Shown: one piece after another, positions 17,742-27,122 of the stretch
Numbering within the stretch: position 1 is the first letter of the stretch
Layout: each line of letters opens with the position of its first letter
Source: Cylindrospermopsis raciborskii Cr2010
GTDB taxonomy: Bacteria; Cyanobacteriota; Cyanobacteriia; Cyanobacteriales; Nostocaceae
Reading direction: 5' to 3'
DNA: 32,000 nucleotides
Assembly: GCF_003367075.2 (NCBI RefSeq)
Contig: NZ_CP065936.1
Coordinates: forward strand, 3,420,001-3,452,000
The notes under the pieces: generated by a model
Database searches by the model: none
What the model was told of the DNA's origin: nothing
What the model saw: the letters and a program-made list of their open reading frames with translations, nothing else
Made by a program: the position numbers and the translations under genes

Positions 17742-18515
17742 CTAATTTTGTCGATTTACCAGAGTTGCACTGGCCTGATCTACTGGCATTAATATCACCT
17801 GGTTAATATTAACATGAGCAGGTCTAGTGGCACAGAAAAATATTACATCTGCTACATCCTGAGCAGTTAGTGGTTTTATTCCTTCATAAACTTTCTTGGC
17901 TTTTTCCCGATCTCCATGAAATCGCACCTGACTAAATTCCGTTTCCACCATCCCAGGATCAATGGAGGTTACTCTTATAGGGGTTCCTAATAAATCCAAT
18001 TTTAAACCCTCAGAAATAGCTTTTACTGCTGCTTTGCTTCCACAATAAACATTCCCTCCAGGATAGGTTTGATGACCAGCGATCGAGCCAATATTTATAA
18101 TATGACCACTACCCCGGTCTACCATACCCGGTAAGACATAACGGGTTAAGTATAGTAACCCCTTTATATTAGTATCAATCATTTCTTCCCAATCTTGAAT
18201 ATCGCCTAAATATAACTTATCCAATCCCCTACTCAGCCCAGCATTATTAACCAAAACATCCACTTCCGACCATGGTGAAGGTAAGCTACTAATTGCCACT
18301 TCTACTGCTGCTCTATCTCTCACATCTAATTGCAGCAAATGGGTTTCTGTTTTATATAATTCATATAGCTGGTGTGCTTGATATTCTAGATTTTCCAGTC
18401 TTCTTGCAGCTAAAATTAGTCTGTAATGTTCTCGCCCAAATACTGTCGCACAAGCAGCACCTATACCACTGCTTGCACCTGTAATTAATATGGTTTTTTT
18501 ACTAATTTTGGTCAT
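17742..18515 (-). CDS. short-chain dehydrogenase/reductase (YdfG-like)
   Basis: 257-aa ORF with TGASSGIGAA, NNAG and YCGSKAAV (YxxxK). Confidence 0.9.
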   Translation of the reverse strand: MTKISKKTILITGASSGIGAACATVFGREHYRLILAARRLENLEYQAHQLYELYKTETHLLQLDVRDRAAVEVAISSLPSPWSEVDVLVNNAGLSRGLDKLYLGDIQDWEEMIDTNIKGLLYLTRYVLPGMVDRGSGHIINIGSIAGHQTYPGGNVYCGSKAAVKAISEGLKLDLLGTPIRVTSIDPGMVETEFSQVRFHGDREKAKKVYEGIKPLTAQDVADVIFFCATRPAHVNINQVILMPVDQASATLVNRQN

Positions 18516-18553
18516 ATTTTAAAGTTCATTATATCATGGTCAAGTCTACTAGT

Positions 18554-18582
18554 CAACCCCAAGGGGAAAATTCTTGGGGTTG
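18554..18582 (-). terminator. stem-loop downstream of the aminotransferase gene (possible terminator or RNA-stability element)
   Basis: A perfect 10-bp stem pairs CAACCCCAAG (18554-18563) with CTTGGGGTTG (18573-18582) around a 9-nt loop, starting 21 nt after the stop codon. No U-tract follows on the transcribed strand. Confidence 0.3.
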
Positions 18583-18602
18583 GAAAGAGTGTTATCCAGT
18601 TT

Positions 18603-19811
18603 TTAAAAACATACTGGAACCACATCCGACTGATAACAAATACCCGCTTGCCTAAATCTCTCCAAAGCTTCACCTAGGCGATCGCAATCTGCTATCAAAC
18701 TAATTCTCACATACCCTTCACCACCAACCCCAAAAGCATTACCAGGAGTAACCACCACACCGGTTTTTTGCAAGATGTTGAGGGCAAAATCCGTAGAACC
18801 CATACCTGGAGGGCACTTAACCCATAAATACATGGTTGCTTTAGTAGGATTAATATTCCAACCCAACTTGCTTAAACCAGCAATCAGAAAATCTCGCCTA
18901 ATGCTATAACGTTGCTGTACTGTATGTAAGTAAGAATCTGGTAGGCGTAAAGCAGTTTCTGCGGCGGTTTGTAATGCGGAAAAAATCCCATAGTCCAAAT
19001 TGGTTTTGAGAGTTCTTAAACCTTGGATAACATGACGATTACCCACTACAAAACCAACTCGCCAACCCGCCATATTATAGGTTTTAGATAGGGTATGAAA
19101 TTCCACACCAATATCTTTGGCACCGGGGATTTCTAGCAAACTGGTGGGTTGATAACCATCAAAAGCTAATTCAGCATAACACAAATCATGGACCAGTAGA
19201 ATCTCATGCTTTTTAGCAAAAGCCACTATTTCCTCAAAAAACTCCCGTGGTGCAGTTGCTCCTGTGGGGTTGCTAGGGTAATTAAAATAGAGGATTTTTG
19301 CTTTTTGAGCTACTTCATCGGAAATAGACCCTAAATCAATTAACCAATCATCCTTCTCCTGCAGAATGATATTATGAATTACTCCCCCAGCAATAATTGG
19401 ACCTCGGAAATGCACGGGGTAGGAAGGAGAAGGCACTAAAACCATATCACCCGGATTAATATAGGCGATCGCCAAATGTGCCAAACCTTCTTTAGAACCT
19501 AATAGAGGTAATGCTTCGCTGTCAGGGTCTAACAGCACATGATAGCGCCGATAATACCATTCGGTAATTGCCTTACGAAAATTAGCAGTACCTTCAAAGG
19601 GTGGATAACCATGATTAGCAGGATTTGCCAAAGCTGTTTTGGCTGCTTCTATAATTGGTTGAGGAGTTGCACCATCAGGATTTCCCATTCCTAAATCAAT
19701 TAAGTCCAGTCCTTGCTCTCTAGCCTTGGCCTTTAATTCATCCAATCTAGCAAAAACATAGGGTGGTAGTTTCTTTATCCTATCTGCGGGGGTAATCCAA
19801 CTTAAACTCAT
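18603..19811 (-). CDS. class I/II PLP-dependent aminotransferase
   Basis: 402-aa ORF with KLPPYVFARLDELK, DLGMGNPD and the PLP-lysine motif LSKTYNMAGWRVGF. It does not have a DapL-type N-terminus. Confidence 0.9.
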   Translation of the reverse strand: MSLSWITPADRIKKLPPYVFARLDELKAKAREQGLDLIDLGMGNPDGATPQPIIEAAKTALANPANHGYPPFEGTANFRKAITEWYYRRYHVLLDPDSEALPLLGSKEGLAHLAIAYINPGDMVLVPSPSYPVHFRGPIIAGGVIHNIILQEKDDWLIDLGSISDEVAQKAKILYFNYPSNPTGATAPREFFEEIVAFAKKHEILLVHDLCYAELAFDGYQPTSLLEIPGAKDIGVEFHTLSKTYNMAGWRVGFVVGNRHVIQGLRTLKTNLDYGIFSALQTAAETALRLPDSYLHTVQQRYSIRRDFLIAGLSKLGWNINPTKATMYLWVKCPPGMGSTDFALNILQKTGVVVTPGNAFGVGGEGYVRISLIADCDRLGEALERFRQAGICYQSDVVPVCF

Positions 19812-19869
19812 TCTTCAACCTCGGAATAATTCGTCACTCTTTGTAAGCATTTTTAATGATGGCCAATTG

Positions 19870-21051
19870 TCAACTAGTCGTTTGGGTAGTTAACGATGAT
19901 GAGTCCCTTTGTCTTAGAACCGGAGCGGTAGTAGAAATCATCGCCGCCATTAACTGTTCCGAGGATAGGGAAAAGGGTAACCGATGGATATCAGAATTAG
20001 GTGCTAGGGCTATTTCTGCTGCTGTTTGCAATTGAGTCAAAGAAATATTTCCCAGTCCCAAATCCGCCAATTTTTGTGGCAGTCCAATTTCTGTATAGAA
20101 TTTTAATAACTGCTGTCTAGCGGTTTCCGCTAATTGATTGCCCTGAAGCATTTCTTCTAATCGCAATTGCACTAAAATTCCGTATGCCACCTTTTCTCCA
20201 TGAATGCTACCATGTCCACAAATGTGAGTTAACCCATTATGTACTGCATGGGCAGCAACTGTACGACAGCGGGCTCCCCCTAAACCACCAATCACACCTG
20301 CTAACATCACACTGCAATCTACCACCTCTTGCCAAATTTGACTACCAGGAGAGTCTAAAGCTGCTGCGGACTTTTGTAATAGTATATCGCGTAAAACTCT
20401 AGCTTGTTGGACTGCGGCAATAATCAGTGTATCCTGCATATTACCACTACTAACAGATGCTTCATACCATTTGGCAATCCCATCTCCAATTCCAGCTACC
20501 AGAGTTTCCCGGGGTGCGGTTTTAATCAAATCATAATCTAAAATCAGCAAATCCGGACACCGACACAAGGGAACATCATATAAAAATGCCCCCGATTCAG
20601 AATACACATTAGATAAAGCTGTCCATGCTGCACAGGTAGCAGCAGATGTAGGAATTGTTACTACTGGTAACTGTAATTGATGTCCTAATAATTTAGCTGT
20701 GTCTATGGATTTGCCGCCACCTAGTCCAATAATCACATCTGCTCTATGTTCCTTAACTGCTTTCCGTAACGCTTTCAAACTGACTTCACAGCAATCTGGG
20801 CTATAGGAAGTAGCAAAAGCATTCAAATCTCCACTTTGGAAGATGGTCTGTAAACTCTCCTGATAAATATTGAGAGTATGTTTTCCTGTCACAATTAGGG
20901 GACGATTCCCTAAGGTAGAAATTTCTGAAATAGCAGCTGACCTGAGAACACCAGCACCTCGGATTACTTTTGCTGGAGCAACAGTTAATGTCAAGAAAGA
21001 ACTAGTGGTGGGGGTGGATAATAGACTAGCCATGATAGACACGATAGACAT
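19870..21051 (-). CDS. iron-containing alcohol dehydrogenase family protein (glycerol dehydrogenase-like)
   Basis: 393-aa ORF with GLGGGKSIDTAK and a histidine cluster (AAHAVHNGLTHICGHGSIHGEKVAYG). An alternative ATG start lies at 21033. Confidence 0.8.
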   Translation of the reverse strand: MSIVSIMASLLSTPTTSSFLTLTVAPAKVIRGAGVLRSAAISEISTLGNRPLIVTGKHTLNIYQESLQTIFQSGDLNAFATSYSPDCCEVSLKALRKAVKEHRADVIIGLGGGKSIDTAKLLGHQLQLPVVTIPTSAATCAAWTALSNVYSESGAFLYDVPLCRCPDLLILDYDLIKTAPRETLVAGIGDGIAKWYEASVSSGNMQDTLIIAAVQQARVLRDILLQKSAAALDSPGSQIWQEVVDCSVMLAGVIGGLGGARCRTVAAHAVHNGLTHICGHGSIHGEKVAYGILVQLRLEEMLQGNQLAETARQQLLKFYTEIGLPQKLADLGLGNISLTQLQTAAEIALAPNSDIHRLPFSLSSEQLMAAMISTTAPVLRQRDSSSLTTQTTS

Positions 21052-21128
21052 AATAGATATAGTATGGCAAAAACCATCACAAATATTAATAATAAATATG
21101 TACTATATGGGTCAAAACCTAAATGATT

Positions 21129-21644
21129 TCAGGATGGTGGTAACTGGCGAAATTTGTCTAAGAAGACTTCCACCAACATTTGTGGGTCTTCGCGGGTAAC
21201 TAGTGTTCTTTCCACTTTGCCCAAGTAGACAGGTGTTGATATACCTGTTTCTGGGTGGAGAACTGTCCGAGCGCGAATTGTCAAACTGTTGTTACCTCCA
21301 GCTCCCATGCGCCCGTAGGAGTATAGATTACTGGCTGCTTGGCGTAAGGTTGCTTCCAGCTGGGTAGGAGTAATATCTGGACTGGTAGCAATTACAGCCT
21401 GATTGGAACCATTGTCATAAACTAAAGTATATCTAGCAGCACCAGGAATTACTGTACGACTCAGGGGAACTAGGGATAGTGAAAAGAGTCCTGCTGTAAG
21501 CACAAGCATAAAACCAGTTGCACCTACCAAGCGAAAACGTAACCCCCATTTAAACAGAAGAGCTAAAATTGTCAGTGCTGCAAGTGCTATGGTCGTGATT
21601 CCCGACCATTGAGAGTATTGAAGAAAGTCTGCTGTAGTGGGCAT
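21129..21644 (-). CDS. ycf51: Ycf51-like protein (DUF2518)
   Basis: 171-aa ORF. The N-terminus FLQYSQWSGITTIALAALTILALLFKWGLRFRLVGATGFM and the stretch YTLVYDNGSNQAVIA resemble cyanobacterial and plastid Ycf51. This assignment is from memory. Confidence 0.55.
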   Translation of the reverse strand: MPTTADFLQYSQWSGITTIALAALTILALLFKWGLRFRLVGATGFMLVLTAGLFSLSLVPLSRTVIPGAARYTLVYDNGSNQAVIATSPDITPTQLEATLRQAASNLYSYGRMGAGGNNSLTIRARTVLHPETGISTPVYLGKVERTLVTREDPQMLVEVFLDKFRQLPPS

Positions 21645-21726
21645 AAACTAAACATAAAATTGTAATTGCTGATATCCCATAGAATAGGATAAAATCTGGA
21701 ATTTACGCAAAAATTCCATGTTGGAG

Positions 21727-23043
21727 TTAATGATGGGAACCTTCATAGCGATGAGCTACACCATATAAAGCTGCTAAAATTACCCAGAATAGGGCACTTA
21801 ATATCAGGTCAAAAGTAGTCACATCTACCATGTTAAAAATTATCCAGCCTATAAAAGCTAATAGGTAACTCAAAAAGACCAATCTATTTTCTTTTGGTAA
21901 AGAGGACTTATACCAAATTTTAATAGCAGAAATTAGTATCCAAGCCAAAAAGACAAAAAACAAGCAGGTAGTAATTAAACCAGTTTCTGCTGATAGCATT
22001 AAAAACAGATTGTGAGGATGGTTAATACCAACACCCATTTTTTGCTCATAAAGGTGAGGAAAACTGCGTAGACCCCAACCGGTTAAGGGTTGTTGTAGGG
22101 TCAAATCCCAAGCAAACTGCCACTGGGTTTTACGCATTAATGCCAGGGGTCTGTCAGGATACATTTGATCATTTAATCGCGCCCAGATGAAATAGGGAAT
22201 GAAACTACGAAAAACGGAAGCGATTCTCTCAGTTGCAAAGGCTGCTAACATAATACTGGCAGTTACCCCCGTTATTCCAGCTACAATTAGTCGCCAACGT
22301 TTATAAAGAGAATAGGCAATACAAGCCACAACTGCTATTCCCCACCCATTGCGAGAGCTGGTTAAAATCAAAGCTAAAAAGTTAGCAATGATCACTACAC
22401 TTAAAAATATAAACCCTAGGGGATCTGCTTTTTTGCGGATCTTTTGATAATTTTCTAACCATAAACCCAAGCCCAGAATCAATACGGTAATCAGATAAGC
22501 TGCTAGAGTATTGGCGTGCATGAATACGGAGGACATTCTTCCCAAGGGTTCTCCCCCAGGGTAAATTGTCAAATTAATCACCACTGATAGAAATTGCCAT
22601 CTTGCATGCCAACCTAAAAACAGTTGTGCGAAACCAATCATCACCACAGGTAAAGAACTACATACAATAATCCAAGTTAATTGACGTAATTCACTAACCC
22701 TGGTGATTAAAGGAGTTAATCCAGCGAACACCACAAAATATGGCAAGAAATTGAATAATCCTAAAAGAGTATCTGGTTGATCCTTAGCAAATACTGTAAA
22801 TCCCGTAGTAATTAAAAACCAAAAACTTAAAATTACCAATAAATGATTCAAGGTTTTGTGTTTAATACTGGAGTATTTTTTGCTCCAGGTCTTATAGGAT
22901 GCCCAACAAATGGCTATGGCCCCAAAAAATGGATTAATGGGGAGAATCAGTAACCCCAGCAACAAACTATTCCATGGTAGTTGTAGACTAGAATGGGGAT
23001 GGACAAAAAACTGTTGAATTTGTTTTAAGTTGGCTGCCAACAT
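21727..23043 (-). CDS. O-antigen ligase family (Wzy_C) polytopic membrane protein
   Basis: 438-aa ORF with at least 10 hydrophobic segments and a central loop (LTSSRNGWGIAVV) typical of Wzy_C/O-antigen ligase proteins. Confidence 0.7.
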   Translation of the reverse strand: MLAANLKQIQQFFVHPHSSLQLPWNSLLLGLLILPINPFFGAIAICWASYKTWSKKYSSIKHKTLNHLLVILSFWFLITTGFTVFAKDQPDTLLGLFNFLPYFVVFAGLTPLITRVSELRQLTWIIVCSSLPVVMIGFAQLFLGWHARWQFLSVVINLTIYPGGEPLGRMSSVFMHANTLAAYLITVLILGLGLWLENYQKIRKKADPLGFIFLSVVIIANFLALILTSSRNGWGIAVVACIAYSLYKRWRLIVAGITGVTASIMLAAFATERIASVFRSFIPYFIWARLNDQMYPDRPLALMRKTQWQFAWDLTLQQPLTGWGLRSFPHLYEQKMGVGINHPHNLFLMLSAETGLITTCLFFVFLAWILISAIKIWYKSSLPKENRLVFLSYLLAFIGWIIFNMVDVTTFDLILSALFWVILAALYGVAHRYEGSHH

Positions 23044-23867
23044 TCTGTGCGAGTGAGACGAATTTGAGCAAGGGTGAAAATAGTGGGAATAATACGACCA
23101 TAGTTAGTAGAAATTGTCCGCCAACCCAAGTCTGCTAGAAACCAGGCCCACATTACAGGTCCTACGATGGAAAAAACCGTGCGTACCGCACCATAACGAG
23201 CAGCACTGAGGGTCATTCCCCGTCGGGCCATTTGGGCGGTAACATAGTTTTTAATTTGTCGACTGGCCATTTCTGTGCCAACAATGGTAGCTTGCTTGGC
23301 TACCTGATAGGTGGCTAAATGGGTGGCAAACTGACAAGCAATTTGTTTGAGTAAATATGGTTGAATCACGGAAGTAACCGCTACTGCACTACCAGCTTTG
23401 AAAATCAATCCTAGAGAATCTGTAGGCAACAATTGTAACACCGAATTGGGTAAATCTGATGTTAGTAGTTGGGATTGTATCCGAGAGGAGATTTTTTGCC
23501 GTTGTTGTCGTGGTAATTTTCTCCAAACTTTTCCTAGAAGATGCAAAAATACTTCTGCTTCTAAATCAACGGTTGATAATTCTTCATAATAGGATATTTT
23601 TAAATGTCTACAAACTTGGATTAGGGCTTGCCTATATGTTACTTTGTCAGTACGCTTACGCAATACTGTGATTCCATCAGCTGCTAAAAATCGAAATCTA
23701 CTCTCTAAAGTATCTAACCAGGCCTGACGATTTTGGCTTTGTACCATAACAGGTTCCGGGGTATGAACGTAATCTAAGGGGTTAAATTTACGACTGAACA
23801 GAATTGCGGTGATGTCTTGCAGTTCTTCGTGGGTCGCCAACTCCAGAACTGTCCTCAGTTCATCCAA
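23025..23867 (-). CDS. conserved hypothetical protein, possibly UPF0174/YaaW-like
   Basis: 280-aa ORF whose stop overlaps the ligase start by 19 nt. The N-terminal ELATHEELQDITAILF and central YRQALIQVCRHLKISY...LEAEVFLHLLGKVWRKL resemble YaaW-type proteins. The C-terminus is hydrophobic. The family call is tentative. Confidence 0.6.
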   Translation of the reverse strand: MDELRTVLELATHEELQDITAILFSRKFNPLDYVHTPEPVMVQSQNRQAWLDTLESRFRFLAADGITVLRKRTDKVTYRQALIQVCRHLKISYYEELSTVDLEAEVFLHLLGKVWRKLPRQQRQKISSRIQSQLLTSDLPNSVLQLLPTDSLGLIFKAGSAVAVTSVIQPYLLKQIACQFATHLATYQVAKQATIVGTEMASRQIKNYVTAQMARRGMTLSAARYGAVRTVFSIVGPVMWAWFLADLGWRTISTNYGRIIPTIFTLAQIRLTRTECWQPT

Positions 23868-24140
23868 TTTTTTTTCCTCCTTATCCCATGTTTAACTTGG
23901 TTTTTTGATATTCTACTTCCTTGATGGATTTCCACCGGATTGTACCAATAGTAACATATCTCGAAAAGTTTGTCTATCAACTGCCCATTCCCTCCCCCCT
24001 ATTGCCTATTTTTCCTTTATAAAATTGATCCCTAATGTTTATACTTAGTTTTGTGTAGTTTCTTAGCATATTCTTGTGAAATGACAAATAATTATAAATA
24101 TAGATAATTTGGCGTTTTAATAAAATGGAGTGCAAAAGTT

Positions 24141-24530
24141 ATGAAGACTGTGATTAAGTTAACACAGGAACTGGTAATTGGGGAAATTGAAAGCATTTTG
24201 CGCACGTACCCATACAGTCCCTATCAGCAAGTTTTCCAAATTAGTGATTTACGTCAGGAATTGATTGTTTTCGTGATGAATCATCTCCCAGGTATTAATC
24301 CTACGATTAATCAAGACCAAATTTTGCCGGTAGGTAATGAAGAGGAAGATAGTGACAATAGATTATTTAATAGACATTTATCAGGTAACTCTTTAGAGCA
24401 GCAACTACATCTGCAAAATTTAGTCCACCAGGGAGTTTTTGCTATTATCCAAGCTAAAGCTGATGTAATTAGTCATATTTTGAATGAACCAGTTCATCCT
24501 GGTTGTGAACCATCTAATTGGTTTGGCTAA
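24141..24530 (+). CDS. hypothetical protein (weak resemblance to ComFB-like small proteins)
   Basis: 129-aa ORF with an ATG start and GGAG 9 nt upstream. It has no antisense competitor. No firm family could be assigned by eye. Confidence 0.55.
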   Translation: MKTVIKLTQELVIGEIESILRTYPYSPYQQVFQISDLRQELIVFVMNHLPGINPTINQDQILPVGNEEEDSDNRLFNRHLSGNSLEQQLHLQNLVHQGVFAIIQAKADVISHILNEPVHPGCEPSNWFG

Positions 24531-24606
24531 TTAAGGGGAGGTAATTGTGGTAGAATGGGAATCAATTAGTAACCAAAACACCATCGGTATGTGAAAAATA
24601 AACTAT

Positions 24607-25527
24607 ATGAAAGTAGCAGTTACTGGAGCAACTGGATTTGTCGGTAGTCGTTTAGTCCAATGTCTACATGACAGAGGTGAACAAATATTAGTGTTGAGTC
24701 GTAATCCTAGATCCGCTGCTAGGACTTTTCCTTCCGAGGTTTTTCCCAACGTGGAAATTTTGGCTTACACACCTGGTGTATCCGGAGTCTGGCAAAATAG
24801 AATTGCTGGTTGTGATGCTGTGGTAAACCTAGCAGGGGAACCTATCGCACAACAACGCTGGACTCCAGAACACAAGCTGGAGATTCTTAATAGTCGCAAG
24901 TTGGGCACCCAAAAAATTGTCGAGGCGATAGCTGAAGCCAACCCTAAACCGTCTGTGTTAATCAATGCTTCAGCTATTGGTTTTTATGGCACTAGTCAAA
25001 CCGCTACTTTTGATGAAAATAGCCCCACAGGTACAGATTTTCTCGCTCAGGTCTGTCAACAGTGGGAAGAACAAGCACAAATGGTGAAGAATTATGATGT
25101 GCGGTTGGTCATTTTGCGCTTTGGTATTGTCCTGGGTAATGGTGGTGCTTTAGGTAAAATGATTACTCCCTTCAAACTTTTTGCGGGCGGTCCCATTGGT
25201 AGTGGTAATCAGTGGTTCTCTTGGATTCATCTCAACGATATTGTAAATCTAATCATTCAGTCCTTGGTTGATCCAAATGCACAAGGTGTGTACAATGCCA
25301 CTGCTCCCCATCCTGTGCAAATGAAAGACCTTAGCAATACAATGGCACAGGTCATGAACCGTCCTGCTTGGCTACCAGTACCCGGAATCGCCCTGGAAGC
25401 ACTTTTGGGGGAGGGCGCCATGGTGGTTCTGGAAGGACAACGGGTTCTACCTCAACGTACTCAAGCATTGGGTTTTGAGTATCAGTACCCCCTTCTTCCC
25501 TCCGCGTTACGGCAAATCTTGACCTGA
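24607..25527 (+). CDS. TIGR01777 family NAD-dependent epimerase/dehydratase (YfcH-like, DUF1731 C-terminus)
   Basis: 306-aa ORF with the Rossmann motif VTGATGFVGSRL and a C-terminal RVLPQRTQALGFEYQYP motif. Confidence 0.85.
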   Translation: MKVAVTGATGFVGSRLVQCLHDRGEQILVLSRNPRSAARTFPSEVFPNVEILAYTPGVSGVWQNRIAGCDAVVNLAGEPIAQQRWTPEHKLEILNSRKLGTQKIVEAIAEANPKPSVLINASAIGFYGTSQTATFDENSPTGTDFLAQVCQQWEEQAQMVKNYDVRLVILRFGIVLGNGGALGKMITPFKLFAGGPIGSGNQWFSWIHLNDIVNLIIQSLVDPNAQGVYNATAPHPVQMKDLSNTMAQVMNRPAWLPVPGIALEALLGEGAMVVLEGQRVLPQRTQALGFEYQYPLLPSALRQILT

Positions 25528-25531
25528 TTCC

Positions 25532-25771
25532 CTAATTGCTAAATTTCTTACTCACCCAACTGCTAATTCCACTGAGTAATGCTCCCCCCATTAGCAAGCC
25601 AATGGCTGGATTAAATAGGGGGATCCATAGTCTGTGCCAAAGGTCTAATCCTAAGTTCACCCCTGAAGCATTACCCACAATGGCTATGGTAAACCAGCCA
25701 AATCCTAAAATCACTAGGAAAAAGTCGGCTACTAGTATTATGTTGACCCAGTTTAATATTTTTTCTTTCAT
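25532..25771 (-). CDS. small membrane protein (two to three TM segments)
   Basis: 79-aa ORF lying 11 nt downstream of the TPR gene on the same strand. It has clear hydrophobic helices. I prefer it over the overlapping plus-strand ORF 25536-25790, which looks non-protein-like. Confidence 0.5.
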   Translation of the reverse strand: MKEKILNWVNIILVADFFLVILGFGWFTIAIVGNASGVNLGLDLWHRLWIPLFNPAIGLLMGGALLSGISSWVSKKFSN

Positions 25772-25782
25772 CGAATTATGCT

Positions 25783-26208
25783 TTAACTGATGTCAAATAA
25801 CCATGTTTTCACTTTAGCTAAATTGTTCCAATTGGGCTTTCTAGCTAAACCATCCTCAATACTATTTCTCAGGTCTTCTTCCCATTCTTTATTGACGAAA
25901 ATCAATTGCTGGGCAGCTATTATGTGTTCTCTTAAACCCTTTTGACCTGTCTCTAACATGGCTAGGGCTAAATTCACCCTACCTTGGGGATCTTGGGGGT
26001 TGATCTTGACGGCTTTACTCGCCGCTTTGTAGGCTAGTTGCCCTTTCTCTTCTAAAAGATACAACCAGGCTAAACATATCCATGCGGAACCTGATTTCGG
26101 TGAGCGATCGCACACCTCTTTAAAAACAGGGATGAGATCTGCAGCAGACTCACCGTCTTTATATCGCTGTAACCCCGTATCAAATAGTTCCTCAACTGTG
26201 ACGGTCAT
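25783..26208 (-). CDS. TPR repeat protein
   Basis: 141-aa ORF with tetratricopeptide-like repeats (AWICLAWLYLLEEKGQLAYKAASKAVKINPQDPQGRVNLALAM). Confidence 0.7.
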   Translation of the reverse strand: MTVTVEELFDTGLQRYKDGESAADLIPVFKEVCDRSPKSGSAWICLAWLYLLEEKGQLAYKAASKAVKINPQDPQGRVNLALAMLETGQKGLREHIIAAQQLIFVNKEWEEDLRNSIEDGLARKPNWNNLAKVKTWLFDIS

Positions 26209-26218
26209 GGTGTTGAAT

Positions 26219-26248
26219 TAATTATGAGTAATTATGAGTAATTATGAG
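26219..26248. repeat. perfect 3x tandem decamer TAATTATGAG
   Basis: Three identical units occupy 26219-26228, 26229-26238 and 26239-26248. They lie between the IscA-type gene stop and the TPR gene start. Read on the transcribed strand the unit is CTCATAATTA x3, ending 10 nt before the ATG. Confidence 0.9.
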
Positions 26249-26256
26249 TCCCTGTA

Positions 26257-26613
26257 TTACACTCCAAAGGATTTGCCACAACCACAGGTTTGGGAAGCAT
26301 TGGGATTGGTAAATTGGAAACCTCCACCAATCATGGCATTGCTGTAGTCAAGCATTAATCCATATAGATACAACAAACTCTTGCGATCGCAAACAATTTT
26401 AAAGCCATCGTAATCAAAAACGTCATCCTGGGGGGTAATTTTAGAGAGGTCTTCAAAATCCATCATGTAGGACATTCCAGAACAACCGCCTTGACGAACT
26501 CCCACCCTCAGGCATAGATCCTGGCCTTGTTGAGCTTGGAGGGATTTTACTTGACGTAATGCGGCTTCACTGAGAATAATTCCGCGTTGTTGAGTTTGAG
26601 CTACTGGTGTCAT
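26257..26613 (-). CDS. iron-sulfur cluster insertion protein (IscA/SufA/HesB family)
   Basis: 118-aa ORF with GGCSGMSY and the C-terminal CGCGKSF cysteine motif. Confidence 0.9.
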   Translation of the reverse strand: MTPVAQTQQRGIILSEAALRQVKSLQAQQGQDLCLRVGVRQGGCSGMSYMMDFEDLSKITPQDDVFDYDGFKIVCDRKSLLYLYGLMLDYSNAMIGGGFQFTNPNASQTCGCGKSFGV

Positions 26614-26711
26614 ATCTGATTTAAACTCCTTAGCTAAATAGACCTTTTTGAGAATTAAACTAGTTCTGATGTAACTGTACCATTATTTTGGTTGTTTTGC
26701 TCAAAACCTGG

Positions 26712-26906
26712 CTAAAAGTGAGAGCTGGATAGACCTTCGATTGCTAAGGACTTATACTCATTATTATTGGGTAAGCTCCTAATGAGTTCACGAATCACAT
26801 CTGTAGCTGGTCTTCCGGTTTGTTGACAATATTTTTCCAGTTTTTCGGCTTCTTGTGTTGCCAGATTGACGGTTATGCGTTTAACAGCCCATTTTTTGTT
26901 AGTCAT
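26712..26906 (-). CDS. ribbon-helix-helix (CopG/Arc-type) DNA-binding protein
   Basis: 64 aa from ATG 26906. KRITVNLATQEAEKLEKYCQQTGRPATDVIRELIRSL shows the beta-strand, helix, helix pattern of RHH proteins. Confidence 0.6.
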   Translation of the reverse strand: MTNKKWAVKRITVNLATQEAEKLEKYCQQTGRPATDVIRELIRSLPNNNEYKSLAIEGLSSSHF

Positions 26907-26999
26907 CAGACACAAATTCCCGCTTGTTAAGAGTAGAAAATGATACCCAAAAAAGTTGCATAATTCCGGGTTTTATCGCCTGGAAGTTTGGAGATAAAG

Positions 27000-27047
27000 G
27001 TTGTATGAAGTTAAACTGTCCAAACCATAATCATACAACAATTGTTG
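27000..27047. promoter_or_regulatory. nested inverted repeat and 12-bp palindrome (candidate operator or RNA hairpin)
   Basis: GTTGTATGA (27000-27008) pairs with TCATACAAC (27031-27039). A perfect palindrome CAACAATTGTTG (27036-27047) overlaps the right arm. The element lies between the 538-aa gene stop and the RHH gene start. Confidence 0.25.
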
Positions 27048-27122
27048 CCTAACTGCACTACGGAAAACCACAGATTAGGATAAAAATTGTTGGACTCAGT
27101 AGTATTGAGTAATAACTAATAC

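Noticed and set aside
25536-25790. 84-aa plus-strand ORF overlapping the small membrane protein gene.
   Set aside because: The minus-strand product has coherent TM helices and sits 11 nt after the TPR gene in the same orientation. The plus-strand product is P/N/T-rich and looks non-protein-like.
26219-26248. Tandem decamers as a possible CRISPR or minisatellite array.
   Set aside because: The units are only 10 nt long with no spacers, and there are only three copies. This is a simple tandem repeat.
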